In this document: in pieces, positions 39,801 to 51,657 of the stretch
Position numbering within the stretch: the first letter of the stretch is position 1
How the letters are laid out: every line of letters begins with the position of its first letter
Assembly (NCBI RefSeq): GCF_006345805.1
Contig: NC_043018.1
Span: 14,012,001-14,076,000, forward strand
Source of the DNA: Octopus sinensis
Taxonomy: Eukaryota
DNA length: 64,000 nucleotides
Direction: 5' to 3'
Translations under genes and position numbers: made by a program
Notes under the pieces: model-generated
Told to the model about the DNA's origin: nothing
What the model saw: the letters and a program-made list of their open reading frames with translations, nothing else
Databases searched by the model: none

Positions 39801-39885
39801 CTCATTACAACTGTTTCTTATGCACCTTTTTAATAGAAGAATGAGAACATTACTCCGTTACGAAAATCCGTAATCATTAGATGAG
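39801..39885 (-). ncRNA. degenerate hammerhead motif (G5A) with long stem II region
   Basis: CUCAU-CUAAUGA-UUA...UAA-GAAAC-AGUU-GUA/AUGAG. Confidence 0.5.
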
Positions 39886-41329
39886 AAGTAATTTTACAAA
39901 CAAAAGAATATACCAAGAATACAGTAGAGGTTTGACTGAAGTCTGTCGAGGCCAACATTTCATAGTTGGCCTTTCAATATGGCAATAGTAGATGAACTTT
40001 TGTTTTCTCACTATGTTCAGGACATGTCGTCTTTTACCTACTTGTGGTAACACCCAATCATTTGTCAATCACGTTGTATAACTTTAGGAATATTAATAAT
40101 GAGAAATAAGAAGTGGTTTTATCAATCAATTTTGGGTATATATAATCACAAACGTAAGTTCATGTATATATGATTACGTATAAACATGACCACGTGGACA
40201 TATATATATATATATATAATATAGTCACAATTAGTGACGCCTAAGTTTGGTTTTACGTATTATGTTGCACCCATATATTTCTTTACATGACCGTCTCTCA
40301 ATTGACGAATCTAATTAAATACGCTTGTATACGTATATCAGTTCGTATTGTGTAGTATGTTTGCATTCACGTAACAGATTAGGTTATATACTGTACTTAC
40401 TTAAAGGTAATGTAAACTTAACCGTCATGTAAATCCCACGTTTATAAATCAACTTTAACAACTTTTAAACAGAAAAAGAGTTATTAACAATTACACAAAA
40501 TATGAACAATGCATCAGAGAAAAGAAAATAATCCATATATTATACGGTTCAACTATGTTTTTATTCCATTTTTCTATCATTATATAAAATATCTTCAAGA
40601 TTCATTTTTAAAATATAGTTGTTTATTTTGTTTTCACCCGTTGTTATATCAAACAAAGGCAGAAAATTTACAAACTACAATGAATTAAGGACAAAAAAGA
40701 AAACGTGGAGATTTGAATGTTTTTTTAAACTACCATTAAATTCGAAAATTTGAACAGAAAATTCACTTAACAAATAGCAAAATACAATATGACAAAGACA
40801 AATTCTTCTGCTGTCTACAAAAGTGAAGAAATATGTGTCACTTCCAACGCATTTGTTCAAATTCTGTTTATATTCTTGATATTTTATTTTATCTTTTAAT
40901 TCATATAATATACCATAAATTCAGTTTCGTGTCTTTTAATTCATTTCTAACGCTGACAAAAGACCATATTTCTTAGAAACGGTTTCGATTCTATAGGTTT
41001 CGGTTCATGACTGGTCAACTTTGCCTCCCATCTTGTGGGCTTGATAAAAAAAATTACCCGTTCGTGGTAGTGGATGGGCGAAGCTCTTAGAGCAGGGAAC
41101 CAGGTGTCTTTGGGTATCTATTCCGGCTCTGCACACCCTCTTCTCCAAATCGCGTCCTTTCTCCCAGGAGTTGCCACTGTCAGATAGTATCAGAAACTTG
41201 AAAAGCTAATGGCAACATAGTTTCCTCCTTAGTTCAATGGGGAAATCGGTCCTCACGGCCCATGAAGGGCTCATATTTTATTTTATCGATCAACACTCGT
41301 AGAATGATGAAAAGTAAAGTTGACATTTT

Positions 41330-41538
41330 TTTTTACTCTTTTCTGTTTTTTACTCTTTTTTACTTGTTTCAGCCATTTAACTGTGGCCATGCTGGAGCAC
41401 TGCCTTTAGTCGAGTAAATCGACCACAGAACTTAGTCTTTGTAGGCTTAGTACTTATTCTATCGGTCTCTTAAGCCGAACCGCTAAGTTACGAGGACGTA
41501 AACACACCAGCATCGGTTGTCAAGCGATGTTGGAGGGA

Positions 41539-41606
<68 letters not shown>

Positions 41607-41689
41607 CGACGGGCTTCTTTCAGTTTCCGTCTACCAAATCCACTCACAAGGCTTTGGTCGACCCGAGATTATTGTAGAAGACACTTTCC
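41330..41689 (-). mobile_element. SINE family A, 5'-truncated
   Basis: Tail, internal (CA)n(TA)n and the CCACTCACAAGGCTTTGGTCG segment. Confidence 0.85.
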
Positions 41690-42181
41690 ATGTACGAAAA
41701 TCCAATTTTTTATGCAACACCGTACATATTGCGCGTTTTGTTATTCCACTTTCACGAGCTGCTTGACACTTTGATTTTCGCGGGCTGCCATTAAACATTT
41801 CCCTGCACTGTTGCCACGCTTTTCACTGATCACGATGTGGTCGGACGGCCATTTCTTCTTGCATCGTTCACAGTGACCGTGGTCATCAGCTTTGCATGAC
41901 AAATTTTTATTGTCTCCAGACTTAGTGTTGCATGCTTACCTTTCCGTGTAGGCCTCCATCTCTGAACCAAAACAATGGAATTCCACACTTCATAGCGTGC
42001 TACTAATATTAACTCGCTCCTGAACGGTCAGGTGACCGGTCATCTAAGATATAAGACAATGAGAAAATAAAACATCGCCATTAATGTTGTCTGTTTAAAA
42101 CATTGTTCTCGTCGTGACTTCAGTGATACTAAAAATTTTTTTTAAGCAATCTTAATACCCAGTTACTTTCTACCGACCCTC
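41690..42181 (-). mobile_element. Tc1/mariner-superfamily 5' fragment with an N-terminal HTH (rosa/DUF4817-like)
   Basis: MTGHLTVQERV, then frameshift, LVARYEVWNSIVLVQRW...TIKICHAKLMTTVTVNDARRNGRPTTS. Terminus TA-GAGGGTCGGTAGAAAGTAAC. Confidence 0.7.
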
Positions 42182-42185
42182 TACA

Positions 42186-42520
42186 TTCTAGGTGGAAACC
42201 TTCAAATGCAAGCACTCGCTGCTCTGACGATGGGACAACTGACCAGAACTGCCATTCTGAAACAATCAAGCTAAAGGCCAAACACTCTCATCGTCTTGTA
42301 AGTGGTAGAAGGAGAGTAGAAGGATAAAAGAATCAACCCAGGCACAAATACCGTGCATGAGACTGCAGATAGTTTCTTACCGAATTGAGCCAAGTGTCAG
42401 AGAACTCCCAGGTCCCACTTCGCCAGACGAATCTCCAGCCATTCTTAACCCTTCTTGCCGCTAGATCCAGATCATCCTGGGCGGCAGGGGCGGGGGACGA
42501 CCTTACACAAGTTCTCGCCC
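42186..42520 (-). mobile_element. probable LINE (RTE-like) 5' UTR fragment beginning with an HDV-like ribozyme fold
   Basis: GC-rich island with a nested pseudoknot pattern at 42412-42503. The LINE assignment is an inference. Confidence 0.45.
42412..42503 (-). ncRNA. HDV-like ribozyme candidate
   Basis: P1 AGGUCGU/AUGAUCU; P3 CCU-GCCGCCC-AGG; GG for P1.1; P4 AUCU-AGC...GCU-GG-AGAU; J4/2 GCGAA; P2 CCCGC/GUGGG. Confidence 0.55.
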
Positions 42521-42595
42521 TTTAAAATTGGGTTATGTGCTATACATACCTGTGGACCCAACACGACGCAAGGTACTAGGAATCACAATCAGATA

Positions 42596-42660
42596 CAGTG
42601 ACCCCTCGCTACTTCGCGGTTCAACAATCGCAGATTCAAGACTTCGCGGATATATATATA

Positions 42661-42741
<81 letters not shown>

Positions 42742-43183
42742 ATATTATATATATATATATGAACGCCTAAAATCTTTTTGTTAAATCCTTTAAAATATTA
42801 ATAATAAATATTATTTCCTAGTCTAGGAACAACAAAACAAGCATAAAATAGCAAAAAACCCGATACAGGGGTATTTGAACTTAAGACGGGCTGTAATTGG
42901 TGCAATGGAGAGAGACGACAAATCACAGCTTTGTATTTTGTAATCTGGCCTGTGAAACAGTAACAATCTTTATTTTTTTAAATCTAAAGTGTTATTGCTT
43001 AACAGTTGTCCTTGTTATTAATAGAATACAATAATGGGTGGGTTGTTAACAGTACAGGGTGGGTTTTAAAATTTCAAATACACGTTAAATAAATACTGTA
43101 GATATGGTGTCCGTACTTCGCGGAAATTCAGTTATAGCGGCCAGTCACGGAACCAATCTACCGCGATAAATGAGGGATCACTG
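42596..43183. mobile_element. pogo/Tigger-like MITE with TA TSD
   Basis: TA-CAGTGACCCCTCGCTACTTCGCGG ... CCGCGATAAATGAGGGATCACTG-TA, with CTTCGCGG sub-repeats and an internal (TA)n. Confidence 0.85.
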
Positions 43184-43342
43184 TAGCAGAACTTGCGATA
43201 TGAATGTTGCGACATTATAGCTGTGCCAATGGACAACTAACTTACCTTACGTTCCTCGATTACAAGAAGACGAACAATTGGAGGAAACAGTTATTATTCA
43301 CACAGGCGCGCGCCCACATGCACACACACACACACACACACA

Positions 43343-43380
<38 letters not shown>

Positions 43381-43381
<1 letters not shown>

Positions 43382-44161
43382 TTATACTCTAGAAATATTA
43401 ATAACAAGGTTATTGGTATCTGAAGTCAATTCCAAAAGAATTAAATTTATGTCAAGTACTCTAAGATTAAAAATTCTATATACCAGTGTATAATCAGTAC
43501 TCGTAATAAAGTACGATTTTACATTGGAAGCACATCGTTAGAGTTATCTAAAAGAATTTCTATCCATTACTCAACATTTAGGGATAGAAATAAACGGAAT
43601 AGTACCGGTCTCACAAACTGATTTGGGATTTAAAAGACCACAATGAACAATTTCATTTAGAATGGTTGATCCTCTCAATTTCGATACCATATGACAAAGG
43701 CAAGAAATTCTGTCTTCTCTGCAATTCTGAGCTATTTTTCATTATTTTTTCTAAAAATACTCTAGTAAACACGGTTATAGAACGAGCATACAGATGTAAG
43801 CATTGGCAGAAACATACTTTTAGTGCATATAAGTAGTCTCTATCATTATATATAGTTTAAACTTTAATTTCCTTTATATTTAACATTCACTATTAATATC
43901 CCTACTCTTTCTGTTAGCTACTTATGACGTTATATCATATAACGTTTTTTTAAACAATATTCATAGCGTTCTGTCTATCGCTATACGAATCCATCAGTTT
44001 TTGCTAAACTGTCGTATTGACGAGTTTCGTTTTTTCACTTTCCCGAAGAGAAGATTGCATTGTTTATACCTTTTATTCTTTTGAATAGTATCAGTGGAAT
44101 TTTCGAAACATATGTAGAAAGTAAAAATACTTGTTTAAACCTGCGTTAACTCCATTTTTTA

Positions 44162-44165
<4 letters not shown>
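43381..44165 (+). mobile_element. 5'-truncated Penelope-like element: GIY-YIG C-terminus plus 3' pLTR with hammerhead, flanked by (TA)n
   Basis: IKNSIYQCIISTRNKVRFYIGSTS...KRISIHYSTF...NSTGL, then frameshift, IWDLKD...LEWLILS..PYDKGKKFCLLCNSE...RCKHWQK..* (stop at 43834-43836). HHR at 44037-44122. Confidence 0.85.
44037..44122 (+). ncRNA. intact-looking type-I hammerhead ribozyme (U4C core)
   Basis: ACUUUC-CCGAAGA-GAAGAUUGCAUUG...CAGUGGAAUUUUC-GAAAC-AUAU-GUA/GAAAGU. Predicted cleavage after 44116. Confidence 0.82.
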
Positions 44166-44199
<34 letters not shown>

Positions 44200-44240
44200 T
44201 GTGTGTCTATACACACAAATACATGTGTATAGGTGTATCC

Positions 44241-44272
<32 letters not shown>

Positions 44273-44273
44273 T

Positions 44274-44472
44274 GAGGCGCGTGGCTTAGTGGCTAGGGTG
44301 TCACCATCATGATCGTAAGATTGTGGTTTCGATTCCTGGACCGGGCGACGCGCTGTGTTCTTGAGCAAAACACTTTATTTCACGTTGCTCCAGTCCACTC
44401 AGCTGAGGAGCACATACGCCATAGAAACCGGGAAACCGAGCCCATGAGCCTGGCTAGGCTTTAAAAGGGTGC

Positions 44473-44473
<1 letters not shown>
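44274..44473 (+). mobile_element. SINE family C
   Basis: Head GAGGCGCGTGGCTTAGTGG, B box GGTTTCGATTCC, tail CCCATGAGCCTGGCTAGGCT followed by (ATT)n. Confidence 0.85.
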
Positions 44474-44516
<43 letters not shown>

Positions 44517-44659
44517 GTGTGTGTGTGTATGTATGCACATATATATACATATACAAATGCATATACATACATGCATACATATGCATGCGTAGAGTGTGGC
44601 TGGTGTGCATATATATTTAGTATGCAGTATCTTCCGTGATGGCTAGGGTGGTGTAGGCA

Positions 44660-44870
44660 GCCAGTGTTCGCTTTTGTGGATGTTCAGATCTTGCTTAGCT
44701 CTGGCTGCGAAGATTTATGACCAATAGCATTCCTTGCATGACCATCCCTTTTATTAATCAAACATAGTGCATCGATGACTGCATTATCCAAATCGTTCTT
44801 TATCTAAAACGGTGGTGAGAGTCTGTAAGATATCGGGGTTGTGATTTTCGGCCGCTACATCGACCTCACT
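44660..44870 (+). repeat. old unclassified interspersed repeat
   Basis: ATGACC...GCATTCC..CATGACCATCC...GCATTATCCAA motif. Diverged relatives at about 8925-9115, 21474-21525, 21688-21775, 55995-56195, 57420-57660 and 62730-62875. Confidence 0.5.
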
Positions 44871-45576
44871 GAGCCTCTCATCGGCTTCTTGTGACGTAAT
44901 AATGGATGTGGAAATTGCGTTACGTCATAATCACGCTGAGAACTATTCCAAGATGAATATGACGTCAGTGTGTTAGTGCGATGTTTATCAGGGAAACCTC
45001 GATAGAATGCAAGCATATTTGCATATGATATGCGTGGGAGGAGAGAACATCAACATCGCATAAATACATTTAAATAAGATATTAGAAAGATAGGGAGAGA
45101 GAGAGAAAACGAGAGGGAAAGAGCTGTCAATATAATATATATGTAGCATTTTGAACAGAGTGTGCAAAGTAGGCGGTGCCAATAGAATGAGACAATTGTT
45201 ATGCTTCTGGAAAGACAGAAGAGAAAAAGGCGTGGCGTATGTAAATGAAGTGGAAAGTGATGTCATTGTGACAGTGTCAACGTGAATGATATGAAGTGTT
45301 GAGAATATATTAATGTATGAGATACCAGTAGGGGTGGAAGCACACACAACTGGAATATTATTAATATCTATATATGGTAGTTCGTGGTACTGTGACGTAT
45401 TACCTACTTTGGTGGTGAGATAGATGTCTTGTGGTGTATATGTGTGTGTCTGTAGGTGAATGACTAGAGAAAGTACAGTGAAACGTAACCATAACACAAA
45501 ACGATACACACACACACACGATTACATACAAGCACACATACGCACACACATGCACATAAATAGGTAGGTAGGTATG

Positions 45577-45616
<40 letters not shown>

Positions 45617-45929
45617 CATATTTGTGTGTATTTATGTATAGGTCTAGCTATATGTGGATATTTGTTTTATGTACGTGTGTACATATGTACAAGCATACCT
45701 GCGTCGGTGAGGACGCATACCGCAGTGGTTATGGTGGTTGCACTCCGATCGGCAGAGCGTAATTTCCATTTTTCTCGGAGCGCCCAGTACATTGTATTCT
45801 TAAGAAAAACGCTTTATTTAACATTGTCTTGCGATCACTTCGACATCTGAGATGTGGCACGACGTACATCAATACAGGTGATATACAGGTGTAGAGAACT
45901 AATATACAACACAGACTTTTCATGACTAT

Positions 45930-46068
45930 AGGCGCAGGAGCGGCTGTATGGTTCCGGGTCCAGTCCCACTGTGTGGCATCTTGGCCAAGTGTCTTCTGCT
46001 ATAGCATCGGGCCGACCAAAGCTTTGTGAGTGGATTTGGTTGGCGGAAACTGATAGAAGCACGTCGTA
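45930..46068 (+). mobile_element. SINE family A 5' half
   Basis: Head with a small deletion; ends at the internal (TG)/(TA) tract. Confidence 0.85.
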
Positions 46069-46119
<51 letters not shown>

Positions 46120-46122
<3 letters not shown>

Positions 46123-47156
46123 TTGCCAGATCTTTCGTCTACGAAGTTTGTAAGGAGCTAGAGACTGAACATGGAAACGTATCGCCAGTATCAAAGCATA
46201 AAAAACATTCTAAACGCTCTGAAATCAAATCATCAGAACACCGGAATTTATCCAACAAATTCAACAGACCATTGTTTACAATCCCGAAAAGTCCATGAGG
46301 TCAATTGCAAAATATTTCCATGTATCAGAAAGAACAGTCAGAAATGTTGTCCACGAAGATATCAGATACAAGTCTTATATGTTGAGGAAAGTTCAATTTG
46401 TCAGAAAAGGCAAAAGAAAATCACACCATCAGATCTAAAAGGCTCTTAAACAATTTGAAAAATCCAGCTGAAGAAGATCTGGTTTGGTTTTTCTCAGAAA
46501 AACTTCGACCACAATCAAAAGTTAACCAGAGAAACGACAGATGGTTATATGCAGACCCTTCTTAAGTTATGCATACAAAATTTCCTGGAACTGTCATGGT
46601 TTTGGGGGTTGTCAGCAATGAAGGACATGTGATATACCTCCTTACTTCTTTCCACAAAGCCCTTAGAGTTAACTCTGCCGCCTACATTGAGGTCCTGGAA
46701 ATAATTGTTAAGCCCTAGATAGATAGTATATGCAATGGAAGGCCAAATGTGTATCAGTAAGACTCTATTCTATCACACACGGTTCTAGTAACACAGGAAT
46801 GAATGGCTGAATGATCACATGACCCCTAACATTTGGCCTCCTAATTCTCCAGATCTCAATCCAGTGGACTATTACATGTGGAGCTTTGTTAAGAGAGAGG
46901 TCAATGAACATGCCTACAATACCAAAAGTTCTTTGAAAGCAGCCATAATCAGAATAATGTTCAAAATGAACCCGAACAACTTGATTCGAGCATATAGAAG
47001 CAGCCGTTGAAGCTTAAGGTGGCTTGATTGAATAACATTCTAGAAAAGAAGGTTTATTTTTATCTTCAGAGCATTTTTTGATAGTTATTATCTGTTATTA
47101 TAGATTTGTTTTTTTTTATAAACATAAATCTGTCCTCAAATATCTTACGCACTCTG
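46120..47156 (+). mobile_element. decayed Tc1/mariner transposon (maT/DD37D-like transposase pseudogene)
   Basis: WFFSEKNFD...NQRNDRW...TKFPGTVMVLGVVSNEG...YIEVLEIIVKP...WPPNSPDLNPVDYYMWS. Ends ...TCTTACGCACTCTG-TA. Confidence 0.85.
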
Positions 47157-47186
47157 TATATATTGTGTGCGCGCGCGCGTGTATAA

Positions 47187-47420
47187 AGGCTCATGGCCCA
47201 GTGGTAAGGCTGTTGCACTAACGATCTCTAGATCGTGGATTCGATTCCCTGTTTGGTGGGCGTGTTGTGTTCTTGAGCAAAACAACTAATCTCACGTTGC
47301 TCCAGTTCCCCTTTCGATCAGTGGGTAATATTGGCCTGCTAGCCTAGCGAGCTGGGTGGCGTTATTTGAAGACTAAAACCAATACAAAACGCATTGTGAC
47401 CAGCGATGTGTAACAACATT
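47187..47420 (+). mobile_element. SINE family C variant
   Basis: TGGCCCAGTGG, GATTCGATTCCC and TGTGTTCTTGAGCAA; tail GCATTGTGACCAGCGATGTG. Confidence 0.8.
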
Positions 47421-48734
47421 ATATACTCTCTTTCCCTCAGTTCTATCTCCCTCCCCCTCTCTCTGTCTCTTCCTCTCTGTCTCTGAAGACCAGAATAAAT
47501 TGGAGACTCGTTTATTCGGTTTCAAAATACTTTTATTATTACATCATAAATCACATAATATTTGCACGTATTTCACGAATACTTCAAGGTAGTTGTTAGA
47601 AAGGCTGTTGCATAATCACCCTATTACGCTCGACCATCAGAAGAAAATGATAATTTATTCCGTCATTGGTTACCGACCTCCGTTGTTCGGCTGATACAGG
47701 CTCAGAACGTCGAGTACAGTCATTAGAATACTTTATGAATACTTTATGCAAATGAAGACAATTTTACTCTTTTTTTTCCCGCTGAAATGAAAAAAAATAA
47801 ATAAAGACGAAGAGAGAAGTTGGTTCAGAGTGCAGCCAGGGTGTCTGCTAGAAGAGAATAAATTCGGCGAATCAAAAGAAGTCTTTAAGTTATTAGTGAT
47901 AAATGATTAAGAGATTGGTAGCAGAAAAATTCTTGTTACACGCACACACACACACACAACACACACACACACACAGCTAATTCCGTCGTTAAAGGACTTT
48001 TCGTCAATTTACGTATCTGGAGTGAGTGTGTATTCTAGGTCATCAATAAGTTTGGCTGGCAAAACAAGTATATATATATATATATATATATACGTATACA
48101 CACGAACACACACACACACACGCATACACATACACAAGCTTTTACGCACACATGTATGTATTACTAATATTTTATAGTATAAACGAATTGTACATTTTCT
48201 CTCTTGCATCATTCGACTTTCTTCAGCGTCGGTTTTATTTCTAATTTTCTTATTTTTTTCATTTCTAGTTTTTTTTACATGTGTTTTCAAATTATTATTT
48301 TTTTCTTATGTTGTATTACTTTGATGTATTCTACAAGTTGATTTCTTCTATCATTTATTTCGATCACCACCTATTCCTGTCATTCACTCATTCTAATTTA
48401 ATTCTTCATAAGATTTTTCTTTCTTTGTTTTTCTCTTTTGGTATATCCATTAGGAATGTCAACGTTTCTGTTTGTTTTTTTAAAATTCATTTGCAAATTC
48501 TTTCAATCAATCGGTTATCGAAAGTGAAGTTCTCACACTTACATCTGGTTCGGGAACGTGACGAAAGTACTTCTAAATTATGGAGGTCAATTTACGAAAT
48601 AAAAATACATGTACCTACCTTCCTATATACATACATACTTACATACAATCATGCATACAAACACATATATATATATATTGCATATATACATACACACATG
48701 CATATATATATATATATATATATACTTTGTTGAT

Positions 48735-49029
48735 AAAACTGCAAAGGCATCACAGAAACTGTTACTCCGAGTTCCACGTAGCCGTTCGTCGGACAGTTTT
48801 GGTTGAGAATGGAACAAAAATAAGGTTGTATGTATTAATAAGGGTTATGCATATAACCTTATTTTTATTCCATTTTCAACCAAAATTGTCCGGCGAAGGG
48901 GAATGTGAAACCTTGGGCAACAGTTTTTGTGATGTCTTTGCAGCTTTAGTAATAAAGAATATTGCTCTACCTCCGGTATTCGAGTACTATTTTTTTTAGC
49001 TTGTTTCATATTTATATGCTTACTCTGGC

Positions 49030-49030
<1 letters not shown>
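48735..49030 (+). mobile_element. hairpin (inverted pLTR-like) element, family H3, with a hammerhead motif in each arm
   Basis: 48735-48832 is inverted relative to about 48846-48947. Minus strand 48756-48799 reads AACUGU-CCGACGA-ACG-GCUA-CGU-GGAAC-UCGGA-GUA/ACAGUU. Flanked by (TA)n. Confidence 0.75.
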
Positions 49031-49085
<55 letters not shown>

Positions 49086-49088
<3 letters not shown>

Positions 49089-49312
49089 CAAAATAAGCAA
49101 CAAGGATATCCAGAAGTAATTCAGTACGTTTGTTTCATTAAATTGATGTAATGATTGTATTGTTCAATTAAATGGATTGCATGAAACGATCGTACTGCAT
49201 TACCTCTGGATATCCTTGTTACTTATTTTGATTTTAATCACCTTATTTTGAAATTGTATGGTAATACCGTAATAAATTCTGGTGCTTCAACTTAAGTACC
49301 ATATTCATCTGA
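49086..49312 (+). mobile_element. hairpin element with a hammerhead 3' half
   Basis: 49086-49138 is inverted relative to 49181-49233. GAAAC-GATC-GTA at 49183-49194. Lies between (TA)n and (TCTA)n. Confidence 0.6.
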
Positions 49313-49393
<81 letters not shown>

Positions 49394-49395
<2 letters not shown>

Positions 49396-49578
49396 AAAGC
49401 AACAGAAATTCAACAAAACCTGTTCCCGTCCGTCGTCCGACGAACGGGAACGTGAAATTCAGAGTAACAGGTTTTGTTGAATTTCTGCTGCTTTGAAATA
49501 AAGCATATTACTCTACCCGTGGTATTTGAGTACTCTTTTTTTCCACCTTGTTTCACATTTATGTGTTTACTCCGGTGT
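49394..49578 (+). mobile_element. family H3 copy with short inverted 5' segment and hammerhead
   Basis: 49394-49424 is inverted relative to 49466-49496. GU-CCGACGA-ACG-GGAA-CGU-GAAA-UUCAGA-GUA/AC at 49435-49468. The 3' part is homologous to 48951-49028. Confidence 0.72.
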
Positions 49579-50353
49579 GTCTATATATATATATATACAT
49601 ATATATATACGCATACATGCATGCACATATGCATATATACATACTCAAACACTACAATATGTGTTGTGATTGAGCGCACACGTGTGTGTGTGTGTCTGGG
49701 TGTGTGTGTGCGTGTGGGGGAGAGAGCGATACTCTTGGCACACTTTAATGCATTCAATAAAAAAAAAGCCAGGGCGTTGCTCAGAAAACAAGAATTCAAT
49801 AATAAAATCAATAAATTAAATTAGAGCAATGACAGCGCCTCTGAGAAAGCCAAATGGAGGTTGAAGAATCTCAAATATATTGGCTTGACAGAAGAATTCA
49901 TTCGCTTCATTCCAATGTTATTTGATCTAATACGTAAACTATTTTTTATCGTAGTATTTTGTGGTATTTTTGTAGTTCTATTGTTACTCTAGAACTTTTG
50001 TTTATTGTTTTTGAAATCTGAGTTCAAAACTTTGTATTGAACTTTCGCTCTTATAGGATATCACAGTAGATACATGTCAGTGTACTTGGCTTCCAGCAAT
50101 TAACAAGTGTAATTTGAAGTTGAATGGTTAGCAGTTAGAAAGATGTCCAGATTTCTTAAAAATTCATTGTGCAAAATATTCTGAAAAAAAGTATCCTTTT
50201 TTTACCACAACAAAACACATTTACACACACACACAAGCTCTGTTTTATTATATAATATACATACATACATACAAATATACATACATATATATATATATAA
50301 TATATATATATATATATACACATATACATATACACATACATATATATATACAA

Positions 50354-50404
<51 letters not shown>

Positions 50405-50411
50405 ATATATA

Positions 50412-50626
50412 GTAGATGTAGGGGTTTTTTAATCAAAGCTGGACCTCTTCCTGTCGAGAGTCCCAGATGAACCTACCTCACGACAAGATGTGCAGATGAG
50501 GGTAGCTATATCAAACTCCATGCTTCACCAAGTGCCACATATTAGAGGAGGCACTTAGTAATAACAGAGTAGCAAAACGGCGGTGCATCAGCATGGCCAC
50601 AGCTCTGAGCTGAAACTAGAGAGAAA
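50412..50626 (+). mobile_element. 3' end of a CR1/L2-like LINE
   Basis: [18 protein letters not shown]...SNSMLHQ resembles a LINE ORF2 C-terminus. It is followed by the tail GGCGGTGCATCAGCATGGCCACAG...CTGAAAC. Confidence 0.7.
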
Positions 50627-51090
50627 AAGGCTGTATATATATATATATATGTGTGTGTGTGTTTGTGTGTGTGATTTCCCCAAAATAAATGGCTGTCTAT
50701 TTTCTAAAAATGGTTTCACTATAAACGTGAAGTAAGATAGGACAGTACCAGAAAATAATATTACATTGTATGGGCCGATAATAACGTATATAATACTATA
50801 CCATTAAGCTGCAATCAAGCAAAACATTCTGCTATGACTACCTCCATTATTATGCACAATAGAAATACGGTATATCCGGAAAAATCTGCTTACTGTTGCT
50901 GCTGCTCTTGTTGTTGTTGCTGTTGCTGCTGCTGCAGGTGATTATAGAAACATGTTGCTGTAGTTGCTATTGTTGTTACTGCTATTATTTGTGACATTTA
51001 GAGTCGCACTATGTGTTGTGGGGAGTCGGTAGAGATTATGCGTTTTTAAAAATATGGCTGGTATAAATTGTAGTATTAATGCTACTGCCG

Positions 51091-51188
<98 letters not shown>

Positions 51189-51221
51189 ACAACTACTCTC
51201 ATTGTAACTGTTAGTATTAAG

Positions 51222-51397
51222 ATGGCTGGATGGCAGAATCTTTAGCACACTGGGCTAACTGCTTAGCGGAATTTCGCCTACATTCACGTTGTAAGCTCAA
51301 ATTCCACCAAGGTCGACTTTGCCTTTCATCGTTTCGGATTCGATAAGAATAAGTACCAGTTGCGCACTGGGGTCGATGTGATCGACTTACCCCCTCC
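51222..51397 (+). mobile_element. SINE family B
   Basis: TGGCAGAATC...GTCGACTTTGCCTTTCATC...GCACTGGGGTCGATG. Confidence 0.8.
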
Positions 51398-51481
51398 ACT
51401 TATCTTACCGGTCTTGTTCTAAGTGAATGTTTGATCAACCAGACAACGTAACAACTACAGTCTCCCTCAAACCGTAACCTA

Positions 51482-51657
51482 GCGGAGTTTATCTTTAGTT
51501 AATTCCGTGCCATACATTGTCAGTTCTGTCATGTTGTGGTCTGAGAATATTGTCGGTGATATATTTACGTTGTGGATAAACTCCACTTTGTTTGTAAAAC
51601 AGAGGTCCGGGATATTTTTGTGCTTGGTTGGAGAGAGGATGATCTGCTCCATGAATA
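51482..51657 (-). mobile_element. LINE APE endonuclease C-terminal fragment
   Basis: MEQIILSPTKHKNIPDLCFTN...ISPTIFSDHNM matches the PT....LDL / SDH motifs. Confidence 0.8.

Noticed and set aside
42224-42271. + strand CTGACGA...GAAACAATC as a hammerhead
   Set aside because: Stems I and II are poor, and it lies antisense in a probable LINE 5' UTR.
43390-43620. TGA codons in the PLE fragment as selenocysteine
   Set aside because: The region also has a TAA stop and a frameshift, and no SECIS was identified; this is pseudogene decay.
44988-45515. 175-aa minus-strand ORF
   Set aside because: Composition is biased, it starts in a (TG)n tract, and no domain is recognisable.
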